In this document: positions 1-9,799 of the stretch, one piece after another
How the letters are laid out: each line of letters begins with the position of its first letter
Numbering within the stretch: the first letter of the stretch is position 1
From: Nitrososphaeria archaeon
GTDB lineage: Archaea; Thermoproteota; Nitrososphaeria; Nitrososphaerales; JAAOZN01
Direction: 5' to 3'
Length of the DNA: 64,000 bases
NCBI GenBank assembly: GCA_029775855.1
Contig: JARVJZ010000002.1
Location: 128,001-192,000 of the forward strand
Made by a program: the position numbers and the translations under genes
The notes under the pieces: model-generated
What the model was told of the DNA's origin: nothing
The model's database searches: none
What the model saw: the letters and a program-made list of their open reading frames with translations, nothing else

Positions 1-444
1 CGGCTTGAAATAAACCGTTGGGTTCTTCCTGTAGAGCAGACAGTGCGCGGTAAAAGAGTCGTCCTTATAGATGATAGTATAGTTAGAGGGACGAGTTCAA
101 GAACCATAATTAAGGCTCTGCGTAAAGCTGGGGCTAAATCTATCTCTCTGCTCTCAACTTACCCGCCTATACGTTATCCTTGCTTTGCTGGAATAGACTT
201 TCCAACAAAAGAAGAACTTGTAGCTCACAAAATAGGTAGTGATGTAGAAGATCTAGCTGAGATAAACAAGAGGGTAGCAGAAGAAGTAGGCGCGGACTTT
301 GTAGGCTACAATACACTCGAAGGGCTTGCCAAAGGCATATGTAAACCGCTTACAGATCTATGCACCTCATGCCACACAGGCAACTACTCTTGCCTAAAGA
401 AGACGCCTCAATACACTCAACGCATGAAGAAGGGAAGATGGTGA
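1..444 (+). CDS. purF: Amidophosphoribosyltransferase, C-terminal part (5'-truncated by window edge)
   Basis: Frame is open from base 1; PRPP-binding motif VLIDDSIVRGTS, PPIRYPCFAGIDFP and the CTSCHTG Fe-S ligands. Confidence 0.9.
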   Translation, partial: RLEINRWVLPVEQTVRGKRVVLIDDSIVRGTSSRTIIKALRKAGAKSISLLSTYPPIRYPCFAGIDFPTKEELVAHKIGSDVEDLAEINKRVAEEVGADFVGYNTLEGLAKGICKPLTDLCTSCHTGNYSCLKKTPQYTQRMKKGRW

Positions 445-445
445 A

Positions 446-1765
446 ATGCCCGGCATAATAGGATTCTACCCATTCGGCGAAGGTAGAGAAAACTGGGATG
501 CATCAAGATTCCTCTACTATGGGTTAACGGCGCTGCAAGGAAGAGGAGAAGCTTGCACAAGCATAGCACTACTAGAAAGCGAATCTAAAAAGATAAACAT
601 CTACAAAGATAACACACATGTAGAAGAATTCTACAAACGCCTTTCAGAGAATAAAGTAAGAGGCTTCATAGGTATAGGCCAAGTCTCACCAAACGAAGAC
701 GACGGCTTAATAGAGGTTAAAGAACCCATTAGACTAGTCTTAGCTGGAGACGGTAAGCCTGGCTACCAGGGCAATAGAGTTGAAGCATTCTATAAGCTCG
801 CACAGAGGCTTTCAACACTTCTAACCGAGAGGGAAGACCCTCTTGATGCAGCTACTCAGATCATTAAAGAGGCCGGTATAGGATTCTCTTTTGTTGCTCT
901 AACAGAGAGAGAGGAGATGATATGCTGCAGAGACCCTTTTGGTGTTAAACCTCTTGAGGTTGGAGCAGTAGGTTTTGACCTAGGCATAGTATCTTCTGAA
1001 AGCGCGGCTTTAGATGTTGTAGGCGCTGTCCACTCCGGACCTATCCAAGCCGGCGAATGTGTAGTGTTTGACCCTTTAAGCATTAGGCGTCGAAATATAC
1101 CAAATTCAGAGAGTAGAGCGTATTGCGCATTTGAATACGTTTACTTAGCTCGGGTTGATTCGTTGTTAAACGATATGCCTATTTACAATGTGAGAGAGAG
1201 GATAGGTGAGATTCTCGCAGAAGAGAAAGAGGCTGAGGGGGATGTTGTGATAGGTATACCTGAGACCGCATTGCCATTCGCTTTAGGCTATTCAAATAAG
1301 ACATCAATACCTGTAAAGCTTGGGTTTATGAGAACTGGTAGGCACATCAGATCAGCACTTAAGCCCACACAGTTCGAGAGGATAATGGGTGTGCAACTAA
1401 AGTTAAACCCAATTAAAGCAGCTGTAGATGGTAAAGACATCATACTCATAGATGATAGCGTTGTTAGAGGGAATACCCTAAAGAATACTGTTTTGAATCT
1501 AAGGAGGAAGGGTGCTAAAAGAGTTCACGTGAGGGTAGGCAGCCCAGCCATCATATCACACTGTCCCTTCGGCACAGAAGTCCCACCTATAGATGAACTT
1601 ATAGGAAGAGCGTTATCAGAAGAGGAGATCGCTGAGATAATAGGTGCTGATAGCTTCGCTTATCTCTCAATAGAAGGCTTGCTTAAAGCTATAGGTCTAC
1701 CTAGAGACAGACTATGTTTAGGATGCTTTACAAGCGAATATCCAAACAAGGAGGTTAGAAAATGA
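446..1765 (+). CDS. purF: Second PurF-like amidophosphoribosyltransferase lacking the N-terminal catalytic Cys
   Basis: RDPFGVKPL, CAFEYVYLAR, ILIDDSVVRGNT, CLGCF; begins MPGIIG rather than MCGIxG. Confidence 0.85.
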   Translation: MPGIIGFYPFGEGRENWDASRFLYYGLTALQGRGEACTSIALLESESKKINIYKDNTHVEEFYKRLSENKVRGFIGIGQVSPNEDDGLIEVKEPIRLVLAGDGKPGYQGNRVEAFYKLAQRLSTLLTEREDPLDAATQIIKEAGIGFSFVALTEREEMICCRDPFGVKPLEVGAVGFDLGIVSSESAALDVVGAVHSGPIQAGECVVFDPLSIRRRNIPNSESRAYCAFEYVYLARVDSLLNDMPIYNVRERIGEILAEEKEAEGDVVIGIPETALPFALGYSNKTSIPVKLGFMRTGRHIRSALKPTQFERIMGVQLKLNPIKAAVDGKDIILIDDSVVRGNTLKNTVLNLRRKGAKRVHVRVGSPAIISHCPFGTEVPPIDELIGRALSEEEIAEIIGADSFAYLSIEGLLKAIGLPRDRLCLGCFTSEYPNKEVRK

Positions 1766-3279
1766 AGATATTAGGGGTAGGTTCAGGAGCCAGAGAGCAC
1801 GCAATAGCCAAGAAACTCTCCTTAAGCATATACAACCCAAAGATTTACTGGATAGGTGAAAACAAGAACCCTGGTATAGTAAGGATATGTATGAAGAGTG
1901 GAGGGGAGTTCATACAAGGCAGCACCACCGACCCTGAAGTAGTAAGCTCAACGGCAAAGAGGTTTAATGTTGACTTTGTATTCATAGGTCCAGAGGAACC
2001 TAACTTTCACGCTGTCCCAGATCACTTGGAGCGTCTAAAGATACCCTGTATAGGTGCTAACAGAAGCGTAGCCTTAATCGAGATGTCGAAGGCTGAGATG
2101 CGGCGCCTACAATGGGAGTATGATATCCCCGGTAAACTGCTCTTTCAGACATTTAAATCCGCTGAAGAAGCCTACTTGGTTTTGGAGAAATACGCTGATT
2201 CACTAACTTGGCTACAAAACGTCGCTTTAAAGCCAGCTAGGCAGGCTGGTGGAAAGGGTGTAAAGGTTGTTGAGGATAGGCAGATTTACCTCCACGAGGA
2301 GAAGCAGAAGTTCAAGTCTAAGCATGTAAGTTGGCTTGAAGGATATATGCGTGGCTACGGCGACATTGAAGATAAGATTCTGGTTGAAGAAAACGTCTGG
2401 GGGCCGGAGTATACCCTACAATGCTTTACCGATGGCACAACGGTGCTTGGTATGCCGATGGTGCAGGATAATAAGAATGCCCACGAATTTGATATCGGAA
2501 CTGAGACAGGCGGTATGGGCTCCATCTCTGGGCCTGGTATGTGCTTACCTTTTCTGACTATAAGAGAATACGAAGATTCTATTCGCATAATCGGGAAGAT
2601 GGTTTCAGCCATACAAGATAAGACGGGTAAGAGGTATCATGGCGTAGTTGCTGGGCAGATGATGCTCACCGAAGTTGAAGGACCAACCATCATAGAGATG
2701 TATAGCAGGCTAGGTGACCCCGAGGCGCTGAACGTGCTACATACACTTAAAACTGATCTAGTTGAAGTCTGCTTAGCGATAATTGATGAAAGGCTCAGCA
2801 AAATAAGATTAGAGTTTGAGGATAAAGCGGTGGTGGTGAAAGCTATAGCGCCCAAAGGATACCCAGATAACAGAAGCCTTGCAATAGGGCATCCTGTCGC
2901 TGTAGACGAAGCCAAGGTATCCGAGATTGGTTGCGAGTTATTCTGGGCTTCGTGTAATCTTCACGAAGACGGTAGGATTACTACCGCTGGTTCAAGGCTT
3001 GTTGAAATACTTGCAGAAGGCGAAACGTTGCCAGTAGCCTCCGCTCAAATAGAGAAAGCCATACCCTACGTAAAGCTTACAGATGGATGGGGTCTATTCC
3101 ACAGAAGCGACATAGGCTCTGAAGCGCTTCTGAAGAGGAGAGAAGAACTTGCGGAAAGAGTTAGAAGGCTCTACCTCTATAGAGTGGAAAAAGGGACTGT
3201 GGGCAAAAGAGTAGATTGGCTTCCTGGTGTAGGTAAAGTAGATCCAGTAAGCATATTGAAAAATGGGTTGAGACGTTGA
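1762..3279 (+). CDS. purD: Phosphoribosylamine--glycine ligase
   Basis: GSGAREHA, IGPEEP, AGGKGVKV, TGGMGS and RLGDPEA motifs; located in pur cluster. Confidence 0.93.
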   Translation: MKILGVGSGAREHAIAKKLSLSIYNPKIYWIGENKNPGIVRICMKSGGEFIQGSTTDPEVVSSTAKRFNVDFVFIGPEEPNFHAVPDHLERLKIPCIGANRSVALIEMSKAEMRRLQWEYDIPGKLLFQTFKSAEEAYLVLEKYADSLTWLQNVALKPARQAGGKGVKVVEDRQIYLHEEKQKFKSKHVSWLEGYMRGYGDIEDKILVEENVWGPEYTLQCFTDGTTVLGMPMVQDNKNAHEFDIGTETGGMGSISGPGMCLPFLTIREYEDSIRIIGKMVSAIQDKTGKRYHGVVAGQMMLTEVEGPTIIEMYSRLGDPEALNVLHTLKTDLVEVCLAIIDERLSKIRLEFEDKAVVVKAIAPKGYPDNRSLAIGHPVAVDEAKVSEIGCELFWASCNLHEDGRITTAGSRLVEILAEGETLPVASAQIEKAIPYVKLTDGWGLFHRSDIGSEALLKRREELAERVRRLYLYRVEKGTVGKRVDWLPGVGKVDPVSILKNGLRR

Positions 3280-3899
3280 CTATACATATAGGTGTGCTTG
3301 CTTCTGGAAGAGGCTCGAACCTCCAAGCTATAATTGATGCGATAAAATCCGGATACATAAAGAACGCTGAGATCAAAGTTGTGATAAGTGATAAAGCGGA
3401 TGCATATGCTCTAGAAAGGGCTAGAGCAGCATACATACCCGCGGTTTACATAGACCCGACACCCTACAAGGGGCGTAGAGAAGAATACGATAAGTTGATT
3501 ATTAATACACTCATAGAGCACGGTGTCACCCCTGATAATGGTCTTGTGCTTTTAGCTGGCTACATGAGAATACTTTCACAGCCGATTATTCAGTTATACA
3601 AGATGCGTATCCTTAACATTCACCCATCACTCTTACCAGCCTTCCCAGGCTTAAAGGCGCAGAAGCAAGCTTTAGAGTATGGTGTTAAATACAGCGGCTG
3701 CACAGTTCACTTCGCTGATGTAGAGGTGGATAAGGGTCCTATAATACTGCAGGCAGTCGTTCCAGTGTATGATGATGACACTGAAGAGTCGTTGAGCGAG
3801 AGGATATTAAGGGAGGAGCATAGAATCTACCCTGAGGCTGTAAAGCTCTTTGTAGAGGGAAGGTTAAAGATAGAGGGTAGAAGAGTAAAGATACTTTAG
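3276..3899 (+). CDS. purN: Phosphoribosylglycinamide formyltransferase
   Basis: ASGRGSNLQA, LAGYMRIL, NIHPSLLPAFPG, GCTVHF, DKGPII; TTG start overlapping purD stop. Confidence 0.95.
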   Translation: MTIHIGVLASGRGSNLQAIIDAIKSGYIKNAEIKVVISDKADAYALERARAAYIPAVYIDPTPYKGRREEYDKLIINTLIEHGVTPDNGLVLLAGYMRILSQPIIQLYKMRILNIHPSLLPAFPGLKAQKQALEYGVKYSGCTVHFADVEVDKGPIILQAVVPVYDDDTEESLSERILREEHRIYPEAVKLFVEGRLKIEGRRVKIL

Positions 3900-4936
3900 C
3901 TCTTCACGCTCTCTTTAAGCTTCTCTTCAATTATGCCGAGTGAGACCTTCTGCTGATCTATGTGTATAGTCATCTTTGGTGAAAGGAAGCTTATCTTTAT
4001 CGAGCCTAAGCATCCTGGGTATTTCTTAGCGTAGAGGTCTTCCCACCTCAAATAATCTTCGACGCTCTTGTAGCAGCCGAAGAGCAGCATGTTGTATCTG
4101 CCTTCACTTATATGGTAGGCTAGAGTTACATGCGGATCTTGAATAATCTGATTCGACACATCAGCTACAGCGCTCCTAACCTCAACCAAAGCTAATACTA
4201 GTAGATAGTTTGGTGGGACAAAAAAGTGTGGGAATCTGCACAGAGGATTCAAGATAACACCTTTTGCCTCTAACCTATTAAGCCTATTTATCACAGACCT
4301 TCTACTTACTTTCAGCTCTTTTGCCAATAGGGATTCGTTGATTCTTACACCTTCCCCTTTTAAAAGAGCTTTTAAAACTTGAACGCCTACTTCATCAATC
4401 TTATAACCATTTACTTCAACCGAGCCTTCTGCTTGAAATTCTCTTTCGATGAGTTCAATCGATGTGCTTGGCTCATACTTGAATATCGCTTTATTTGAGA
4501 AGTAGTAGTTGTGCGAAGGAGCTCGTTTGCTTCTCTCAGGTATCTTCCCCTCTCTAACTATCTTCTCCCTCCAGAGGTGGTAGTCCCATACATCTTTATG
4601 AAACTCAAAGATGACTGTGTTGCTCTCGCCTTCCCTAATCCTATAGGCTGCAAATATGTTCCTATCATTCTTTAACCACTCAACCGTCTTCTCATCATAA
4701 GGTAAATCAGCATAAGAGATTACAAGTAAAGGATATTCTTGAAAGAGCGCCTTAAAGGGGTAAACTGGTCTATCAATCACACCATAGCTCAATAGAGCCT
4801 TAACCCTATCTCTTATTGTATTTTTATGCCTCCCTAATCTCCTTGAGAGGCCGGCGATATTCACCTCTACACCATACCCAGAGCACACTCTTTTAAGAAG
4901 CATGAGATCCATTAGATCGTAGGTGTATCCAGACAT
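3896..4936 (-). CDS. Lrp/AsnC-family regulator with two tandem HTH+RAM modules
   Basis: Two HTH segments (LSRRLGRHKNTIRDRVKAL; LAKELKVSRRSVINRLNRLEAKGVI), each followed by an ACT/RAM-like region (ISEGRYNMLL). Confidence 0.7.
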   Translation of the reverse strand: MSGYTYDLMDLMLLKRVCSGYGVEVNIAGLSRRLGRHKNTIRDRVKALLSYGVIDRPVYPFKALFQEYPLLVISYADLPYDEKTVEWLKNDRNIFAAYRIREGESNTVIFEFHKDVWDYHLWREKIVREGKIPERSKRAPSHNYYFSNKAIFKYEPSTSIELIEREFQAEGSVEVNGYKIDEVGVQVLKALLKGEGVRINESLLAKELKVSRRSVINRLNRLEAKGVILNPLCRFPHFFVPPNYLLVLALVEVRSAVADVSNQIIQDPHVTLAYHISEGRYNMLLFGCYKSVEDYLRWEDLYAKKYPGCLGSIKISFLSPKMTIHIDQQKVSLGIIEEKLKESVKS

Positions 4937-5014
4937 TGAGCTTTTACTCCCTATTAAATAGAAGTGGTAATTTAAAAGTAGTTAGTAGAGGAGGAATCTA
5001 ATGCGCTTCGAATG

Positions 5015-6652
5015 TTAAGACAGCATCTGCTCAATAACTTGTTGGTCAAGCTCTTCAGGCAAGGGTATGCCCGTTGTTCTCGATGCAAATTCAGTTAGGG
5101 CTACAAGGTTGCTTCTATTTATAAGGTTAATTCTCCATTTTCTGCTACCCGCCATAAGATGCTGTAAGCCTACGCCTATGCGGTGTGTAAGGTATGTATA
5201 AAGCCCTATGGCTTCCCAAGGTATCTCATTTAGTGTGCCATTCCCGTTATATTTTGCTGAAAGTTCAGCGTAGCCTGAAAAGAATTGCTCTGGTCTATCG
5301 CCATATCTATCTTTGAAATAGTGTGGGAGCTTACCTTCTTTCGCTAACTCTGCAAAGTAAGACGACTTCATTACCGCTGTTAAAGGCGCTCTTGCCATCA
5401 AAACAGCTTTCACATAGGGTTCATCCCCAAAGTTGCTGAGCGCTATAGCTTTATAGATCTGCGATTCGTTTATGAAGCCGCCAGCCATAACTATATCTGG
5501 CACATACCTACCCTTCTTCTTCAGGATCTCAGCACATCTTAATACAATAGCCTCAAGATGAACGGTGGGCAACCCCATTTCATCCATCATCGTTACTGGG
5601 CTCATACCAGTCCCTCCACCACTGCCATCGAAGCACACATAATCTAACTTAGCTTCAGAGGCAACCTTCATCGTAAAAGCTACTGCTGACGGCCTATAGG
5701 AGCCTGTCTTTAAACCTACATGCTTCGCACCAAGCTGCCTCAGCCACTCAACATCTTCAACAAAATCCTTTTGATTAGGCATACCAACTCTACTATGCCT
5801 CTCAAATGAGTCAATAGCGCCTGACTTGAATGCTTCTTGCACACGCTTATCTTCAGGGTCTGGTATAACAAGGTATCCCCGATGCTTAAGCTCTAACGCC
5901 TTCCATAGGTCTTTTACTCTAACTTCTCCTCCTATAGCTTTAGCACCTTGACCCCATTTACGTTCGATAACATTAACCTCGTGCTTGGAGATGACATACT
6001 GGTCAACACCCATCCTCTGATCTTCAACGTTAGTTTGAACCGCTACTTCGCCGTGAACACCGTCCCAGAATCTTCTGAATGAGTTAATTCTACGCTCCAT
6101 CTCCTTAGAGTATGTGACTTTGCCGTTTGTGAATGTTGCAGCCATGTCCATTCCGCAAACATTTTCCCCTATTGTAATCATTAAGCCAGATAATGCTGCT
6201 CCTATAGCCAAACCATCCCAATTTACTCTAGCAACATCTGTAGAGCCGAAGGCCCCTAACACTATTGGGAGCTTAAGTTTTATTCCACCAACTTCGCTCT
6301 CAACGTTGACGTTTGTGAACAGCGCTTCATCAGGGGAAGCTTCTATACCATCTGCACCTAACAGCTCAGAGTTTATGTTAAAATGCGACCAATCTAACCT
6401 AAAATCTTTAACCGCGGCTGCGGTGCTTTCGCCAAACCTTCTTGGCACAGGGTATAGAGCTTCTCGTCCTCTAAATGCAGATAAGCCGACTTCACATAAG
6501 AGTTGGCACTCTCTTATACAGAGGGGACACAATCCACTCTGCGGGCAAGTGTCTAATACTCTTGTCTCAGTTTCTGTTACTGATCTCGAATTTAGGTAGT
6601 ATGAGTCCCTTCTAACTGGCGTCCTCAAACTAAACAAACCCTTAAATTTCAC
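5015..6652 (-). CDS. Stand-alone FMN-binding glutamate synthase (GltB2)-family protein
   Basis: IERKWGQGAKAIGGE, DGSGGGTGMSP, TIGENVCGMD and N-terminal Cys cluster CPLCIRECQLLCE. Confidence 0.85.
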   Translation of the reverse strand: MKFKGLFSLRTPVRRDSYYLNSRSVTETETRVLDTCPQSGLCPLCIRECQLLCEVGLSAFRGREALYPVPRRFGESTAAAVKDFRLDWSHFNINSELLGADGIEASPDEALFTNVNVESEVGGIKLKLPIVLGAFGSTDVARVNWDGLAIGAALSGLMITIGENVCGMDMAATFTNGKVTYSKEMERRINSFRRFWDGVHGEVAVQTNVEDQRMGVDQYVISKHEVNVIERKWGQGAKAIGGEVRVKDLWKALELKHRGYLVIPDPEDKRVQEAFKSGAIDSFERHSRVGMPNQKDFVEDVEWLRQLGAKHVGLKTGSYRPSAVAFTMKVASEAKLDYVCFDGSGGGTGMSPVTMMDEMGLPTVHLEAIVLRCAEILKKKGRYVPDIVMAGGFINESQIYKAIALSNFGDEPYVKAVLMARAPLTAVMKSSYFAELAKEGKLPHYFKDRYGDRPEQFFSGYAELSAKYNGNGTLNEIPWEAIGLYTYLTHRIGVGLQHLMAGSRKWRINLINRSNLVALTEFASRTTGIPLPEELDQQVIEQMLS

Positions 6653-6674
6653 AGATTTATATCATATATACACG

Positions 6675-6790
6675 TTATATAAAGTCAAAAGTTCGAATTT
6701 GATATAGGTAATCTGTCTAAAATACCATTTTGGTCAATTTTCTACAGATATTTTATCCACGTTTAGACAGTGTGGATTGTTAAAATATTA
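6675..6790 (-). promoter_or_regulatory. TATA box for the GltB2-like gene plus upstream inverted repeats (candidate operator)
   Basis: CTTTATATAA on minus strand (6675-6684), ~25-30 nt before the GTG at 6652; inverted repeats ctgtctaaa (6713-6721)/tttagacag (6762-6770) and atattttatccac/gtgga..taaaatat (6748-6788). Confidence 0.45.
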
Positions 6791-6855
6791 GTTGAATTTC
6801 TGCTTTATTATGCAGACCGTGAATTTGTAGTGATGGTGACGGAAATTTTAGATGT

Positions 6856-7641
6856 TTATTCGAGACCGATAGGCTGATTTTTATCCAAGATTTGTTGAAT
6901 CTCCTGCCTCAGTCTCTGAATCTTTGATTGGTCATCCTTGAACGATGGTTCAACCTTTATGTCTGCAAGCACTTTAGCCGGTTTACCGAAGACTATGATT
7001 CGGTTCCCAATTTCTATGGCTTCGTCGAGTTGATGTGTAACAAATACGGCGGTCTTTTTTGTAGAGTGAACTAGCTCCAAAAAGTCTTTACGAAGCTTGC
7101 TTGCAGTAACTTCATCAAGGTGTCCGAAGGCTTCATCAAGCAAGATTATCTTTGGATCTATGCAGAGTGCTCTGGCTAATGCTACTCTCTGCCTCATGCC
7201 TCCTGATAACTCGCTTGGGTAAGCGTTTAGGAAGTTTGCTAACCCAAGTCTGGTAAGCCACTCTGAAGCGCGTTTAATCTGCTCTTCAGGTGTATATCCT
7301 AATACTTCAAGCCCAATCTTCGTGTTATCTATGGCTCTTCGCCAAGGTAGGAGCCTATCTTGCTGGAAGACTATGCCTATCTTTCCTTTTAAGCTGTTGA
7401 AGTCTTTGTAGGGTTCTTTACCATCTACTTCTAGTTTACCTGAGGTGGGTTGCTCTAAACCCATGAGTATGTTAAGGAAGGTTGATTTACCGCATCCAGT
7501 CTGCCCAACTATCGACACTACTTCGTGCTCATTGATGTTGAAGGTTAGATTATCTATGGCTACAACTTTAGCCGATGAGATTGTTTGAACATACACCTTT
7601 CGTAAAGCTTCTACCTTTATAATGGGCATTACAGCCGCCAC
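6856..7641 (-). CDS. ABC transporter ATP-binding protein (nitrate/sulfonate/taurine type)
   Basis: Walker A GQTGCGKST, VFQQDRLLPWR, LSGGMRQR, LLDEAFGHLD. Confidence 0.9.
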   Translation of the reverse strand: MAAVMPIIKVEALRKVYVQTISSAKVVAIDNLTFNINEHEVVSIVGQTGCGKSTFLNILMGLEQPTSGKLEVDGKEPYKDFNSLKGKIGIVFQQDRLLPWRRAIDNTKIGLEVLGYTPEEQIKRASEWLTRLGLANFLNAYPSELSGGMRQRVALARALCIDPKIILLDEAFGHLDEVTASKLRKDFLELVHSTKKTAVFVTHQLDEAIEIGNRIIVFGKPAKVLADIKVEPSFKDDQSKIQRLRQEIQQILDKNQPIGLE

Positions 7642-8432
7642 CTCAAAGCTTTAGATTCAACCCAAGAGACAGGCACTTGAGCAGCAAGAAGTATGAGTAT
7701 CAACACAATAGTCCAAGCGAAGACTTCAGCTACTGAAAAGTTTGCTTGCGCGATGTTAAGAGCGAACCCTATACCAGACACAGCGCCTACTAGCTCAGCA
7801 ATCGTAACTACTCTAATCGCTAGGCTTAGGTTGATCTTCCAGCTCGTCAAGACCGCCGGCACGATTGCTGGAAGCAGCAGCTTCCGAATATACTGCATCT
7901 TACTGGGTCTAAACGATAGTATCATATCTCTAAGGTCTTTAGGTACACCTTTGAGCGCATCGAGCACATCTATCAAGAAGACTGGGCAGCATACTATCAC
8001 CAATATGAAGAATATTCGAAACTCCACAGCACTAAACCACAATACGGCAAATAAAATCCAGCAGATGACTGGCACAGCCATAACCAGCTTCACGAGGGGG
8101 GAGATGTAATTCTCAAGCTTCTTGGAGAGATACATAACAACAGCACCAAGCACACCTAAACCAAAAGAGACTACTAGAGCGAGAACAACTCTAACCACAG
8201 TAACATAGATCTGATATGGTTGAAGACGGATCATCTTATCAAAAATAACTTGCCAACCAGGCACAATATATGAAGGTGTGAATAATGAGACGATCTGCCA
8301 CGCTACACCAAAGAATATTAAGGAGATTATCGCTTCTTTCCCAATTTTGAGTCTGCCTAGAGTCTTGGCTGCTATAGATTCTGGTTTAGCCCAATCTTCT
8401 GCCTCAGAAGATTTACCCAATTTTAACCGCAC
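7629..8432 (-). CDS. ABC transporter permease (SsuC/TauC type)
   Basis: Six hydrophobic segments, TIAELVGAVSGIG motif, overlaps the ATPase gene; no binding-protein gene adjacent. Confidence 0.85.
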   Translation of the reverse strand: MRLKLGKSSEAEDWAKPESIAAKTLGRLKIGKEAIISLIFFGVAWQIVSLFTPSYIVPGWQVIFDKMIRLQPYQIYVTVVRVVLALVVSFGLGVLGAVVMYLSKKLENYISPLVKLVMAVPVICWILFAVLWFSAVEFRIFFILVIVCCPVFLIDVLDALKGVPKDLRDMILSFRPSKMQYIRKLLLPAIVPAVLTSWKINLSLAIRVVTIAELVGAVSGIGFALNIAQANFSVAEVFAWTIVLILILLAAQVPVSWVESKALRWRL

Positions 8433-8470
8433 ACTATAGGTTAGAGCGGTATTTAGGGTTAAAAGTGGTT

Positions 8471-9727
8471 CTAAATTTGAAAAGCTTCATTTGGTTTAGG
8501 GGCTTGAGCGTCGAATCCAAAGCTCTCTTTGACATTTTTAGCGAAAGACACGCAAGAGGGTTCTTCACCGTGCACCATAAGAACCTTTGGTCTGCCTTTA
8601 ACTTTATCCAGCAGCTTCATCAACCCACTTTTACCGCTGTGTGAGGAGAAGTCAAAGCGTTTTACCTCGGCCTTCACCTTGGTTGGTCTACCATTTACAA
8701 GCGCCAAACCCTTCTCCAACAGCGTTCTACCTGGAGTTCCTTGAACCTGATATGCTACTATCGCTATAGCGTTCTTCTCTTTTTGCGCAATCTGCTGGTT
8801 GTAGAATACAGCTGCTCCTCCAACCAGCATACCTGCTGGTGAGATTATGACAGAGGGGGTGTTGATGATCTGCTTTCTCTGCTTCCAAGCTGTGACGACT
8901 TCTACGCTGTTTATCGCTCTTCTGAAGGCTCTATAGTCTCTGAGATACTCTGGGTATCTGAATAGGATCTCGTTAGTCTTCAGAGCCATACCATCCATAT
9001 AAGTTGGGTATGGGAATTTATGTGAACTTAGTATGCAAGCGATCTCTTGTGCACGCCCGACTGAGAAGGCTGGCACAAATAGTGTTCCACCTCTTTCAAT
9101 CACTTCTTTTGCATAAGCTACAAAACTGTTTTCAACTTCCCTCCTTGGGGGATGGTCTTCGGTAGCGTAGGTGCTTTCTATTATTAGTAGGTCAAGTTCT
9201 CCTATGTCATAGTTAGCCCCTTTTAGAAGCTGTGTGTCTTCATCGTTTATGTCTCCTGTGTATAGGATGCGTTTTCCCTCGCCTTCTAATAGTATCGAGG
9301 TTGAGCCTGGTATATGTCCAGCATCGTAAAACCTTACATCAAAGTTAGATATCTTCACCTTATCATTTGGGTTTATTGTTGTAGTCTTCTTCATCATTTC
9401 AAGCAGATCGATGTATTCGAAGGGTAAGTAGAAGCCTGAAACCCTAAGAAGGTCTTCTATGAGGAGCCTTGTAAGCTCAAGTGTAAGCGGTGTTGTGTAG
9501 ATTCTTGGACCATTGCTGAGGTAAAATAGAGGGAGAGCTCCCGAGTGATCGAGGTGTGCGTGGCTCAGCAGAATCGCATCTATGTCTCTAGGCTGTACAT
9601 GCACTGGGAAACCTATTTCACGCTGCATTAATACGCCGAAGTCGAGGAGTATATTTGTGTTACTGCTCTTAAGCAGCATCGCTGATCTTCCTACTTCTCT
9701 TGCTGAACCTAAGATTCTTACTTCCAT
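8471..9727 (-). CDS. MBL-fold beta-CASP ribonuclease (aCPSF2/YSH1-like)
   Basis: GSAREVGRS, SHAHLDHSG, AGHIPGS, YTGD, IESTYA, FSVGRAQE, FSSHS, VHGE. Confidence 0.9.
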   Translation of the reverse strand: MEVRILGSAREVGRSAMLLKSSNTNILLDFGVLMQREIGFPVHVQPRDIDAILLSHAHLDHSGALPLFYLSNGPRIYTTPLTLELTRLLIEDLLRVSGFYLPFEYIDLLEMMKKTTTINPNDKVKISNFDVRFYDAGHIPGSTSILLEGEGKRILYTGDINDEDTQLLKGANYDIGELDLLIIESTYATEDHPPRREVENSFVAYAKEVIERGGTLFVPAFSVGRAQEIACILSSHKFPYPTYMDGMALKTNEILFRYPEYLRDYRAFRRAINSVEVVTAWKQRKQIINTPSVIISPAGMLVGGAAVFYNQQIAQKEKNAIAIVAYQVQGTPGRTLLEKGLALVNGRPTKVKAEVKRFDFSSHSGKSGLMKLLDKVKGRPKVLMVHGEEPSCVSFAKNVKESFGFDAQAPKPNEAFQI

Positions 9728-9799
9728 TCTTGAGTTACCCTTTTATAGTAAGTTTTCTGAATAGGTGATAAGTTAAGTCTTTCGGAAGAGGAGGATAGA

